Shown here one piece after another: positions 1 to 9,520 of a stretch of 64,000 nucleotides of DNA. The first letter of the stretch is position 1. Each line of letters begins with the position of its first letter. The notes under the pieces were generated by a model, which was given only the letters and a program-made list of their open reading frames with translations, was not told the DNA's origin and searched no databases. The stretch is from Ostrea edulis (Eukaryota). Location of the stretch: assembly GCF_947568905.1 (NCBI RefSeq), contig NC_079166.1:74710001-74774000 (forward strand). Direction: 5' to 3'. Made by a program: the position numbers and the translations under genes.

Positions 1-1850
1 GAACAAGCGGATAATTTAATAGAACCCCCATTGCTGTTCTTTAGCGAACAACACATGTTAGAAGTGTCTACGTAGCGATTGTCAATCTATTTCTCGTCAG
101 CTGATAGGCTCCCCTGGAGTTACACATGACAATTGTTTGGCATACACGGCAAACATAAATAAATGTATATAGCTTGTTTTTATAGAACTGAAACTCTATG
201 AGGTCAAATATTTCAAATTCTGTCATCATTCTATAGTTTTACAACCTTTTTATACTGGGTAAATATCATTGTCAATTGTTGAGATGAGATTAATATCAAA
301 TTTAGATGATATGTCCTGCACATGCTTGAGTGTATTAGTAAGCATGTATTTAGTTTAATACCAATAAAGATGGTCATAATTGCAGAGGACAACATCCCCT
401 GATCCCTCCGAAATACTTATTTAGCGAGTACCAATGTACATTAAGTTGTAGATGGAGGAATATTTATGTTGGGTAATATCAGATAATATTATTCACCATC
501 CAGAGTGTCACTTACAATAATAAATAGCTATCAAAAAGACATACGATATAATCCTTTTTATGTATGCTTCCAGTCCCATGCTCGAAAACTTCTTCTCTCA
601 ATATTTAATATATGATTGAATTTTTTAGTCCTTTAATCGGAAAAAAATATTTTTGGAATCCGGTATTTTTGTTGCACATTCTTTGGCTAACATTGTTTCT
701 GATTTATTCTGTGTTTTGATATAGATAATCGAACATGGTATTAGGTATATGTATTATGAATTAGGTGGGTATTATATGAGTTATCATTGTCTTGGACTTG
801 TCTTGTAATTCTCTTGCACCCAATTAGCTTAAATGAAAACAGCACATAAAAATACAACTACAACGACAAAACGACAGTGCACATAGATCAAATTTCGAAT
901 GGAAGATTCACTGTACTGGTTTCGTTTTCTGCCTCTTTGAATTGTTTTAAAACATCAAACAATTGAACTTTGTATTTTAAAGCACTGTGTAAATATTTGA
1001 AGCAGGAAATTATTCATTCTATAGATTTTTTTTTAATTTGAAATCATTCATTTAGATTTCTATATTAACAAATTCCTGAGATTCAATCACACAAATGCTT
1101 GAATGTTAGTTTGATTTGATTTGTATTGTAGATTGAATATCTTAATGTGTTCATACACAATGCAGATGTGTGGATACAGAGATACCGCGCCGTTTATTAA
1201 AATAGTTTTTATAGTTTGAGTTGCATGTACAATGTAATATTTTAATCTTCAAATATCAAATGGAATCATACTAAGCATTTCAAATCACTGTGTCTTACAA
1301 TGTTATGTGTAAAGCAGCTAAAGAGATTTAGGCACCCTCTCCTTGAACATATTGATTTATAGATCATATTGTTTCAAAATGCATATAATATTGAGTAAGC
1401 ATCTTCAATTTCTTCAAAAGAAAGTTTAACCTAAAATATGGGGTGTAATTCTAAAGAATTCGGGCTATGATAACTTTGTCGCTAGGGTAGGTTTAAATAT
1501 AGTGGGATATTTCTCTGGCTGATATTCGCATATATATCACACAAAACTGCAATTACAAGAGTTCGTAAGCATGTATAGACAGATTATCTTTGATTAAAGG
1601 ATACCTTGCAGGGTATATGAGCGAGGGTTGGGGGTGCTGGATCAGCTAGATATCGTATTTTTCTCTCTACCCAGAATTCCTAGGGCTTTGGGGACGATCT
1701 TTCAGTCCAGTGATACAATAAGATATTAAAATGTGAAAAGTAAGAATTATGTGATTATTTTGAAAGTACAAATCTTTGCATAGTAAGGATTTATATCATT
1801 GAAAGATATTTTATTGACTGCCAAAAACTAAGCATTCATGAAGGATATAC

Positions 1851-1915
1851 GGGTCACGGTATATCAGTTGTAGAGCTTTCACTTCGTAACCGGGAGGACG
1901 TAAGTTAGATCAAGT
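1851..1915 (+). mobile_element. Degenerate tRNA-derived SINE head (Thr-CGT-like); paralogous copies at ~34583-34645 and ~53179-53240
   Basis: ggtcacggtatatcagttgtagagctttcacttcgtaaccgggaggacgtaagttagatc has A-box-like and B-box-like segments and a CTTCGTAA anticodon-like loop, but no complete acceptor stem. Confidence 0.55.
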
Positions 1916-2379
1916 ACAATATCTAGAGAACATATAGCTACAAATGTATCAGGAATTCAGATGACTTCAAATTCTATATGATCATTCAACACGAAAGTAC
2001 AGGTCAATGAGAGCATCTGAATCAATTCTGAACAACAGTGCCTTCATAAGAACCATGTATGTAAACTTCCCCATTGTAGAATACACAAGTACTAAGAATT
2101 GAACATACTCTAAAAGAAATACGCCAGATTCATGCTATCTGAAAAACTGCATGATGTGATCGTGCACAATATCAAAGACAGGTGCAAAACATAATTTCAA
2201 CTTCCGTTTCATTTATTTTAACAGCATTTGGCACTGGTATATTGGTTCACATTAAAGAGCAAATAAATGAACATAGTAATACAATGGATACAGATAAAGA
2301 GTAAAAATGCAATGACATGAAATATAGCTGCCATCAGTAAAATGTTCAACCTGTCATTGATATAATATCACTCAATAAA

Positions 2380-2625
2380 AACTACAACTAACATCAGTCA
2401 GGCAATTTCTAGCATCAGTCAGTTAATCTCTATCGAACGTCAATCAGGCAATATCTAATATTAATCAGTCAATATCTATCTAATATCACTCAGTCAATCT
2501 CTAACATCACTCACTTAATCTTTATTTAACACTACTCAGTCAATATCTAACCACAGTCACTAAACTTATCAAACATCAGTTAGTCAATCTTAATTTGACA
2601 TCAGTTAGTCAATTCAAAACTCATA
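2380..2625. repeat. Degenerate minisatellite (catcagtcagtcaatctcta-type units) in the probable 3' UTR of gene A1
   Basis: Repeated catcagtca/gtcaatctct/aacatcac units 300-550 bp downstream of the A1 stop codon. Homologous arrays of different length occur at A2, A3 and A4. Confidence 0.75.
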
Positions 2626-2931
2626 TTTGTCAATATGGCCAATCTGGAACTAGTTAGTCAATCTGACCGGATCAATTTTGGCATTCTTAAGGTATTTTGA
2701 TGTCAATAGTCAGTCAATTTCAATATGACGATTTCCAGTCAGTCTTGCTTTGCTCATCCTCAATATCGTGCATGATCTTTCAATTTGTCCTTCATTGTCG
2801 ATTTCAACCTGTCATTGATCAGTCAATCTCAATTTGTCATTAGTCAATCAGTTTTAAGCTGGTATTCATTAATCAGTTAATTTTGATATCCCATTATTCA
2901 GTCAACATACGCATCATTTACTATCATCATC

Positions 2932-4922
2932 TCAAACTACTCGCATATCTACTGTCAATGGATCTTCTTCCGTGAACCCCTCAACTTTGCCTCCATTATC
3001 TTGGATATTGATGTCAGGATGCCGTGGTGTCTTTGATTCTGAAGGTACAAAGCACATATTACAGTTTGTATTATATCATAAAATATTGACTTGAACAGAA
3101 ACATGTCTAGAGGAAAACAGGAAATATGGATCAGGTAGACTTACCGTATTTTGTTGCGAACAGGGATGAACAAATACCTGAAATTGTTCAATAACACTAG
3201 CTACATCCATTATACCTTGACCAACATAAGCATTCTGCACTTATAATGAATTAAGATGAAGGTACATATAATTTATTATTACCTTTCAAGGAACAAAATC
3301 CCCGATGTTTGCAAACTCTGTATACAAGGAATATCAGACAAAGGATGAAAACTGCTATTGCTACGGGTATGATCACACAAAGAAGAACACTGTAAACATA
3401 AAATAACACAATAGACAATGCATAGCAATATCGAAGACGATGAATAAGATTTTTCCAAAAAATGATAAATATATCTGCGTTTTACATGCTCTTTTTCCTT
3501 AATACCTTAAACCAAGAATAATTACGTATTTTCGGGGGATGACTCCTGCTTTTGATTTTCTGCGTTCGTATGGTTAATTTTATGGGTGAGATGTGATTCT
3601 GACGTCGGCACTGCCTGGATATGGACAAGCAATGTTGACGATGTTGTAGATTTACCCCCATTCGCCGTATATATGCTGGACGACGTGGTGATATTAGGTT
3701 TAGCTGTCTGTCGACGTTGATAAGCTTGGCTATAACATTCTGAGTCTGTAAGTATTAAATGATCATAACTTGCTACAAACAAAATTGCATTTCTTTAAAA
3801 CACAGGCCACTGTAGTTCAGTGGCAGAGCGTTCGCATCGTAACTAGAAGGTCGTGAGATCGAGCCCCACTCATGCCATGGTCGAATCAAAACCATGGTTT
3901 AAGCATATGTAATGATTCTACCTTCGCCAAACGCTCAACATTTGGAATCACATATAGCATTAACTACGGAAGTCCCTTGTCGCGACAGGCATTGGCACAT
4001 TAAAGAACTCTGACACTTAAGCACTAAGCATAGGTGTAAATTTGTGACACTTCATCTACAAATGGTGACGTCTCAATATGATTGAAAAAAAGAGACGGGG
4101 TATAAAAACAAAGAAACAACAAAAAGAAATACATTGGACCAATCTTTTAAAATCATACTTAATCTTAAAATGTAAACGAAGCTTCTGTACGTACATTTGT
4201 AACTCTCATTTGATAGATAAACATCAGGACATGTAGCGCACTTTGCATTCCTATTCCGCTGTATTCTACGTCCACCTAAACTGTATTCTGCACACACTTT
4301 TCCTGATGGAAAATATCATTTCATATTTACTTTACCCCCAGCTATAATCTTCATGAAATTCCAAACATGACAAGATGAAATAATGACACACAATAGAAAT
4401 ATTTTCTTGGAAAGGTTTCCATACCTACAATATTCATGACTCTTGAACAGACTTCTATTGTTTCATTCTGCCATGCATTAGCCACACAGTGATACTCAAA
4501 TGCCCCGCAGCTGTTTATTATGTGACGACAACCTTTCTTTGATGCCGCAGTCGCCCACTCTGCAGCTGTTTTGGGACAACCTTGGACAACCTTTGCTGTT
4601 AAGTTGGACTCTATACATCCCTCTCCTATTGCAAACATCTTAAAATATTCCAACACTTTAATATCAATTATTGCTATAAGTTTCAGCAGCAGCAACAGCA
4701 TCATCATTCAATCACTATAATCATCATCATTCCATCACTAGCATCGTTGCTATTATATTCTATTCCAGTAGGTTAAAGTTTAGCAATTAATGTACATAAA
4801 ATGGCAATTGGATAATATGGTATTTCGTAGTTATAGCAAATTTTAAATTTTATGAATCTTACCTTAACATCTAAAAGGCATACACTGGCAACGATCATCA
4901 TTATGAGATATTGTAAAATCAT
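2932..4922 (-). CDS. Gene A1: 282-aa type I membrane protein (signal peptide, 10-Cys ectodomain, S/T stalk, TM, short cytoplasmic tail); unnamed family
   Basis: Coding exons 4922-4863, 4638-4425, 4302-4195, 3745-3526, 3389-3283, 3177-3145, 3038-2932 (849 nt). All introns are GT-AG with compatible phases 0,1,1,2,1,1 and there is no internal stop. Protein: MILQYLIMMIVASVCLLDVKMFAIGEGC...CPKTAAEWATAASKKGC...YHCVANAWQNETIEVC...CAEYSLGGRRIQRN...VLLCVIIPVAIAVFILCLIFLVYRVCK...DMRVV*. The same exon structure recurs in three other copies. Confidence 0.9.
3805..4085 (+). mobile_element. tRNA-derived SINE in intron 3 of A1, antisense to the gene
   Basis: Head ggccactgtagttcagtggcagagcgttcgcatcgtaactagaaggtcgtgagatcgagcc (A box, TCGTAA loop, B box) and 3' motif gtgacgtctcaatatga. 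It sits at the same intron position in A2 and A3, with a remnant in A4, so it predates the duplications. Confidence 0.7.
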
Positions 4923-5075
4923 ATTTGTTGAAGTCTGAACCTTCTAAACAAATTCTGCAAAGGAAAATTCATTATTACTATAGTTATATGTCATTTCTGT
5001 TTCTTCAAAATTAAGTTCCTTGAAGTATTATTAAAGGTATTGTTGTGAAAAGCGTGGCAGTCAATAGATACTTAC

Positions 5076-5185
5076 ACTTGAAGTGATATCGGGATGCCTC
5101 CAACAACAGAATTGAAAGTGTGTTGCTTGCAGGTGGTTTAGATTTGATATGAAGTCTGCATAGATAATACCACATTTATTAATGT
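5076..5185 (-). promoter_or_regulatory. Putative core promoter and non-coding first exon of A1
   Basis: A strong donor (gtaagtat, 5075-5068) is conserved in A2 (exon edge 38099) and A3 (56694). A TATA-like taataaat lies ~31 nt upstream of an Inr-like TCATATC near 5150. The TSS is inferred, not observed. Confidence 0.45.
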
Positions 5186-5238
5186 AAGCGATCCATATCT
5201 CATTCAAGATCGGAGACAACGATTTTTTTTCCGTTTTG

Positions 5239-5256
5239 TGAGTCATGGGAATCCCC
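5239..5256. promoter_or_regulatory. Adjacent AP-1 (TGAGTCA) and NF-kB/Rel (GGGAATCCCC) motifs upstream of A1
   Basis: TGAGTCA at 5239-5245, one base, then GGGAATCCCC at 5247-5256 (reverse GGGGATTCCC fits GGGRNNYYCC). Conserved in A2 and A3. Confidence 0.6.
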
Positions 5257-5514
5257 GACCGACTCCAGATAAATTATTATACATGTATGTGTGTGTTTAA
5301 AATAACCCAAATGATAAACATCCGTTCTGCTTACAAACCACGTTGGGGTAAATTATAACATTTATAATCCCTGTAGGAATACGTCATAATATCAACATTC
5401 AGTCTTCGGTGGTTTTTGTCCTACGTCCCTAGGTCTAGTACAGACAGACCGCTATTCTTGTAAAGAATAACAACAGAACGTGTCAAGGTACCACAGATAA
5501 TAAAATGAAGTAAG

Positions 5515-5515
<1 letters not shown>

Positions 5516-5590
<75 letters not shown>
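5516..5590. repeat. Compound microsatellite (TA)n(GA)n
   Basis: Directly visible. Confidence 0.98.
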
Positions 5591-5594
<4 letters not shown>

Positions 5595-6544
5595 AATAAT
5601 AAAAGTCAAGAAACACAAAACTCGAATAACATTTCACTGTTAGCTCTTTCAGCTTTAATGCCTCTTCAGACAGTAATAAATTTAAATAATATTGCAAAGT
5701 CACATCAACATATCGCGACGTAAGTAATTGTCCTTTGTGACGTCATAATAATTTACACGTGTAGCTGTATAATACACACAATATTAGACAATACTGGGAT
5801 ATCAATTGCAGAGTTCAGTTCAATATAGTTTCAATTTTACAAAGTAATTTTCTATTAAGTTTGGGATTAAACAATTTTATAAAGTATTCCTCCTTTTTAA
5901 CTCTGGAAATTTCGCAGTCATTATCCATTTTATAAAATGGAAATATGTTGAAATCTCCATGACCACAATTGGCAAAATGTTCGAAACATGGCGCATTTCT
6001 GATACTTGAGTTTGCTGTTTGTGGACGCGCATACGGGCGTTTAGTTTGTTGGTTTGTCCGATGTAGATTTAATTACAGGTAGGGCAGGTCATACAATATA
6101 TTATGTTTTCGGATTTGCATGTATTGGTAGAATTTGGTGTAATTTTTTTGCCGCATTTAAGAATTTTTTTTCTGCCTTCCACTAGATGATTACATGTACC
6201 GCAAAGTGAATCCCCATATTTTTGCACAGATTTGGAATTTTCCGTAGTAAATCGGGAGCGCGTTAGAAGTCAATTCAGATTAGGAGACTGTCTTCTGCTG
6301 TTTTTTATTTGAGATTCTTTTATCAGGTTTTTCAGATTTTGGGATTGTTCTAGTATAGGAAAAAATATTCTAGCTGTTCCAAAAATACTTTGGTTGCGTG
6401 AGTTATGCGTAATTACAAAAGGAATATCGTTCTTTACATCGTTTTCCTCGTGTCGGGAGTTTCTTACAATATATATAGGTGTGTTCCGTGACTTTTATTA
6501 TTGGATGTATTTACTATATCAAATACAGAATTCTTTTTACAACC

Positions 6545-6548
<4 letters not shown>
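5591..6548 (-). mobile_element. 5'-truncated canonical Penelope-like element: linker, C-terminal GIY-YIG endonuclease, 3' end with hammerhead, plus an inverted 3'-end fragment
   Basis: The minus strand translates as ...IPFVITHN...RRQSPNL...CGTC...NIIYCMTCPTCN*IYIGQTNKLNARMRVHKQ...EEYF.KLFNPKLN. 6481-6506 is an inverted copy (24/26 identical) of 5591-5616. Both sides are flanked by (TA)n. Confidence 0.85.
5635..5675 (-). ncRNA. Minimal type I hammerhead ribozyme motif in the Penelope 3' end
   Basis: Minus strand TACTGT-CTGAAGA-GGC attaaa GCT-GAAA-GAGCT-A^ACAGTG. Stem I is ACUGU/ACAGU, stem II has 3 bp, stem III is short with an AGCU palindrome, and the cleavage triplet is CUA. Confidence 0.75.

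Positions 6549-6596
<48 letters not shown>
6549..6596. repeat. (TA)n microsatellite
   Basis: Directly visible. Confidence 0.98.
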
Positions 6597-6600
<4 letters not shown>

Positions 6601-6790
6601 AAAGCATTAAAGTTCCAACAACACCCGATACCTCAGAGTGTCGGATCCACAACATGGATACAAGGTCAAATACAAAAAATTATACAAAGAACTAAAACGA
6701 CCAACGACACGAACAACGAGATTGTCAAAATTTTCGGTACGACCCGTCCCTTCTTCAGGACAAACGAAAAGAATTACATAATGTGGTCAA
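6597..6790 (-). mobile_element. 3' tail (pseudo-LTR fragment) of a second Penelope-like family abutting the (TA)n tract
   Basis: Contains a hammerhead motif unrelated in sequence to the one at 5635, and its 3' end runs into (TA)n. No ORF is retained, so the family assignment is inferred. Confidence 0.55.
6722..6765 (-). ncRNA. Minimal type I hammerhead-like motif
   Basis: Minus strand TTTGTC-CTGAAGA-A-GGGACG ggt CGTACC-GAAA-ATTT-T^GACAA. Stem I is UUGUC/GACAA, stem II has one G.A mismatch, there is an extra A after the core, and stem III is AAUU-type. Confidence 0.6.
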
Positions 6791-6835
6791 TATCAACAGA
6801 GCATAATAACAAAAACTACAAAAAAATACATGCAT

Positions 6836-7801
6836 GGTGAAGATAACGAACAGTGATCAATCTCATAACTTCTACAAGCAATACAAAATAGATAGTTGGG
6901 CAAACACGGACCCCTGGACACACCAGAGGTGGGATCAGGTGCCTAGGAGGAGTAAGCATCCCCTGTTGACCGGTCACACCCGCCGTGAGCCCCATATCCT
7001 AATCAGGTAAACGGAGTTATCCGCAGTCAAAATCAGAGTGCCAAGAACGGCTTAACAATCGGTATGAAACACGTCAGACAGCATTTGACCCAATACGAGG
7101 TTGTATTGACGAACTAGATCGTTATAACGACCATAGAATTTGCGAAATGCTGACTTCAATTGAGACTGTTGAAATCCCTGTACCATCAACTTGTTTGTCA
7201 GTAGCTTACCTCGATTTAAAAACAGACTTTACCCAGAACAAGCTCTTGCATATCGAATCAGTTGAGATATATAAACACCATATGCAGGTGATAATGGAAT
7301 ATGGCTACATAAATGTGGGAAGTTGACGATGGAGAAGCTGAAATCATCCCGTTTGTCATACAGTTGAGTTGTTAGTTTGCCGTTAATGTCTACTTTCAAT
7401 AAAATATATTAGTATGAAACAGAAGTGGACGACTCTGTGGTGTCCTTTATTTCGAGCTCACAGGGATATATCAAATCGACATATGAATGAAAGCTATCAT
7501 TGTTAATAGACAAAACGTCATCGATATATCTAAAAGTCGAATTGAAGGTCACAACGAGAGATTTTTTCTTCTCACGTAGAAGTTTTTGAATAAATTCTGC
7601 TTCATATGAATATAAAAACAGGTCAGCTAACAAAGGAGCACAATTCGTGTCCATGGGAATTCCAACATACTGTTGGAAGACCTGATCACCAAAGACCACG
7701 AAGATATTGTCAATGAGGAACTCTAGCATATTTTTTATTTCAACTTCAATTGGTACTTGTGCGTGGAATCAGAGTGGTGTTTAACAAAGTAAGTTTTTGA
7801 A
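6836..7801 (-). mobile_element. 5'-truncated Naiad-type Penelope-like element (RT motifs B-C-E, thumb, 3' pseudo-LTR) with a premature stop
   Basis: Translates as GIPMDTNCAPLLADLFLYSYE...FRYIDD...SVSY*. Near-identical to the RT-bearing copy at 47850-49660. Confidence 0.9.
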
Positions 7802-7905
7802 TATTTGGAGAATCGACAATGGACAAGCTGAAGTCACCCTATTTGTCATAAAGTTGTTGCTTATTTGTTTGCCGTTAACAGCCATGCTCAATAAAGTATC
7901 TAGAG
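7802..7905 (-). mobile_element. Short older Naiad-related RT fragment
   Basis: Diverged match to the NGKLTTQLYDKRDDFSFSIVNFP coding segment. Confidence 0.45.
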
Positions 7906-8198
7906 ATGCAATGAATATGGAAAACCCTAATTCACGTTAATATATCTTATTGACATATAACTAACAATGAGTATTCTTTACAGATGTGAATATATAATGA
8001 CACTTTTCGGGTACAAATGATATGCTGCTAGTGGATAAATATAATTCTTACCCCTTAAGACGTTTTGTACAGACAAGCTAAAAAGACATTGATAAATGTT
8101 TGGTAATATTTATAGTTTGCCAAATGTAAAGATTCGTTTTATTTCATAATATATACTTTAAATCAATTATATAGCGAATCAATAAAGTTAATTTTGTG

Positions 8199-8199
<1 letters not shown>

Positions 8200-8258
<59 letters not shown>
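8200..8258. repeat. (TG)n microsatellite
   Basis: Directly visible. Confidence 0.98.
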
Positions 8259-8259
<1 letters not shown>

Positions 8260-8427
8260 GCCGTTGCTATAGGGGAACATGTAGTGCACGATTGTGAGGA
8301 TTATCTATTAGATTTTTTTGTTGTAACTTTGAATGCCATTAAATAGTGCCAGTTCTTTTAATTCGTTGTGTGGTCACAGGAGATTCATATCCATATCATA
8401 ACGCTCCCATCTTCAAACTCTTCACGT

Positions 8428-8883
8428 TCAACGTTCATCATGCATTGTCCGTATAACGTTTACTGTGACATTGTAAAACACGCTGACTTTTCTGGGCGTT
8501 ATTGGAACCTCAATGCTAACGAGTCGTAAAATATTACACGCCATTGTCTTTGTATGGATAAAAAAAATTGGACGGTCTTGTCGCAAACATAAGGGTTTGA
8601 TGTCATTTGGATGATAATTAAGGTACAGTCGGATGTAAATGCGGCGCGGGTTGATGTCATAGGAGCAGAAATGATTCAGCACAGGACAGCATATCGGCTA
8701 TTTGTTTATGTTTCCGCTTGACTCATCTGCAGTTTTTGTGAAGATGTAAACCGGTTCCAAAAGTGCTACAACCTCATGCAAATATCCTGACCAAGCCCTG
8801 TAATCCTCAGTTGACCAGTACGATGGTGGGTAGTAGTTGTACATGTTTAAGGCGTTTATAGAAACGCTTTTGTCAACATTCAA
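8428..8883 (-). pseudogene. Unidentified coding-like relic: two ORFs in one frame separated by a single TAG
   Basis: Track ORFs 8698-8883 and 8428-8682 share a frame: LNVDKSVSINALNMYNYYPPSYWSTEDYRAWSGYLHEVVALLEPVYIFTKTADESSGNINK*PICCPVLNHFCSYDINPRRIYIRLYLNY. Family not recognised. Confidence 0.3.
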
Positions 8884-9128
8884 GAGTTCTTGTTACGGCA
8901 TTTTGGGTACTTCCAAACACCATGATTAATACTGCCTTGTTGTTTGCATCACTAGGTAACCAAGACAGCCTTTACGCAATGAGTGAACCAGATATCTGAA
9001 CGACAGCAAACAAATCTGAAAAGCATAAAATAAGATTATGCCGCATGTGTCCGTGACGAGCTAAGTGGGCTATTATTACATGTAGTTATATGGATCATTG
9101 GCAGGGTAGATAGACTCGCATTGAATTT

Positions 9129-9520
9129 GTACCGTATAAGTTTTACATTACGACCCCTGGGTCCAGGCCTCTGTTGGTGGACTGTTAGTCCCCGAGGGTC
9201 TCTACAGCCCAATAGCTACGTACTTCGTTACTAGCTTGAAAATACGGATTTATATTAAATTGCTTAGATAAAATTTAAAAATTCATTTCAAAATTGAGGA
9301 TTATCTCCCTCATGCATAGCTCTTATCCTTGGACGAAGTTGGCTCCAGTGTTGAATTTGGTTATTTGGTTTTTTTTTGGCGCTTTAGTTTTCCTCTTAGC
9401 TCTACAAGTTTATTGTTATTTCGAATTTCCAGAATTCCGACTTGAGCATCACTGAAGAGACATTATTGGTCGAAATTCACATCTGGTGCATCAAAATTGG
9501 TACCGTATAAGTTTTACATT
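9129..9520 (+). mobile_element. Hammerhead retrozyme, slightly more than one ~371-nt monomer
   Basis: The direct repeat gtaccgtataagttttacatt occurs at 9129 and 9500 (period 371). It has an internal type I hammerhead and no ORF. A second copy lies at 34890-35236. Confidence 0.75.
9446..9489 (+). ncRNA. Type I hammerhead ribozyme motif of the retrozyme (stem III mutated in this copy)
   Basis: GCATCA-CTGAAGA-GAC attattg GTC-GAAA-TTCACAT-C^TGGTGC. Stem I is GCAUCA/UGGUGC. Confidence 0.8.

Noticed and set aside
90-100. CTGACGA directly followed by GAAA on the minus strand (also CTGAAGA-GAAA near 63885)
   Set aside because: There is no stem II and the motif is not conserved in the A3 paralog, so it is not a hammerhead.
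5061-5246. 61-aa ORF MTHKT... that could splice to a stop overlapping the A1 ATG (uORF)
   Set aside because: Its ATG lies inside the AP-1 motif, upstream of the inferred TSS. The frame is shifted in A2 and the middle peptide differs between A1 and A3.
5738-5745. CRE site TGACGTCA upstream of A1
   Set aside because: It lies inside the Penelope 3' region, is mutated in A2, and the same 8-mer recurs in unrelated repeats in this window.
6394-6840. ORFs with YIYI/SLSL runs (also 5421-5703)
   Set aside because: They are translations of (TA)n and (GA)n microsatellites.
9152-9215. HDV-like ribozyme fold in the retrozyme 5' part or the Naiad pseudo-LTR
   Set aside because: I could not build the P1/P2/P3 nested double pseudoknot: there is no room for P2 and the candidate P1 is broken in the second copy.
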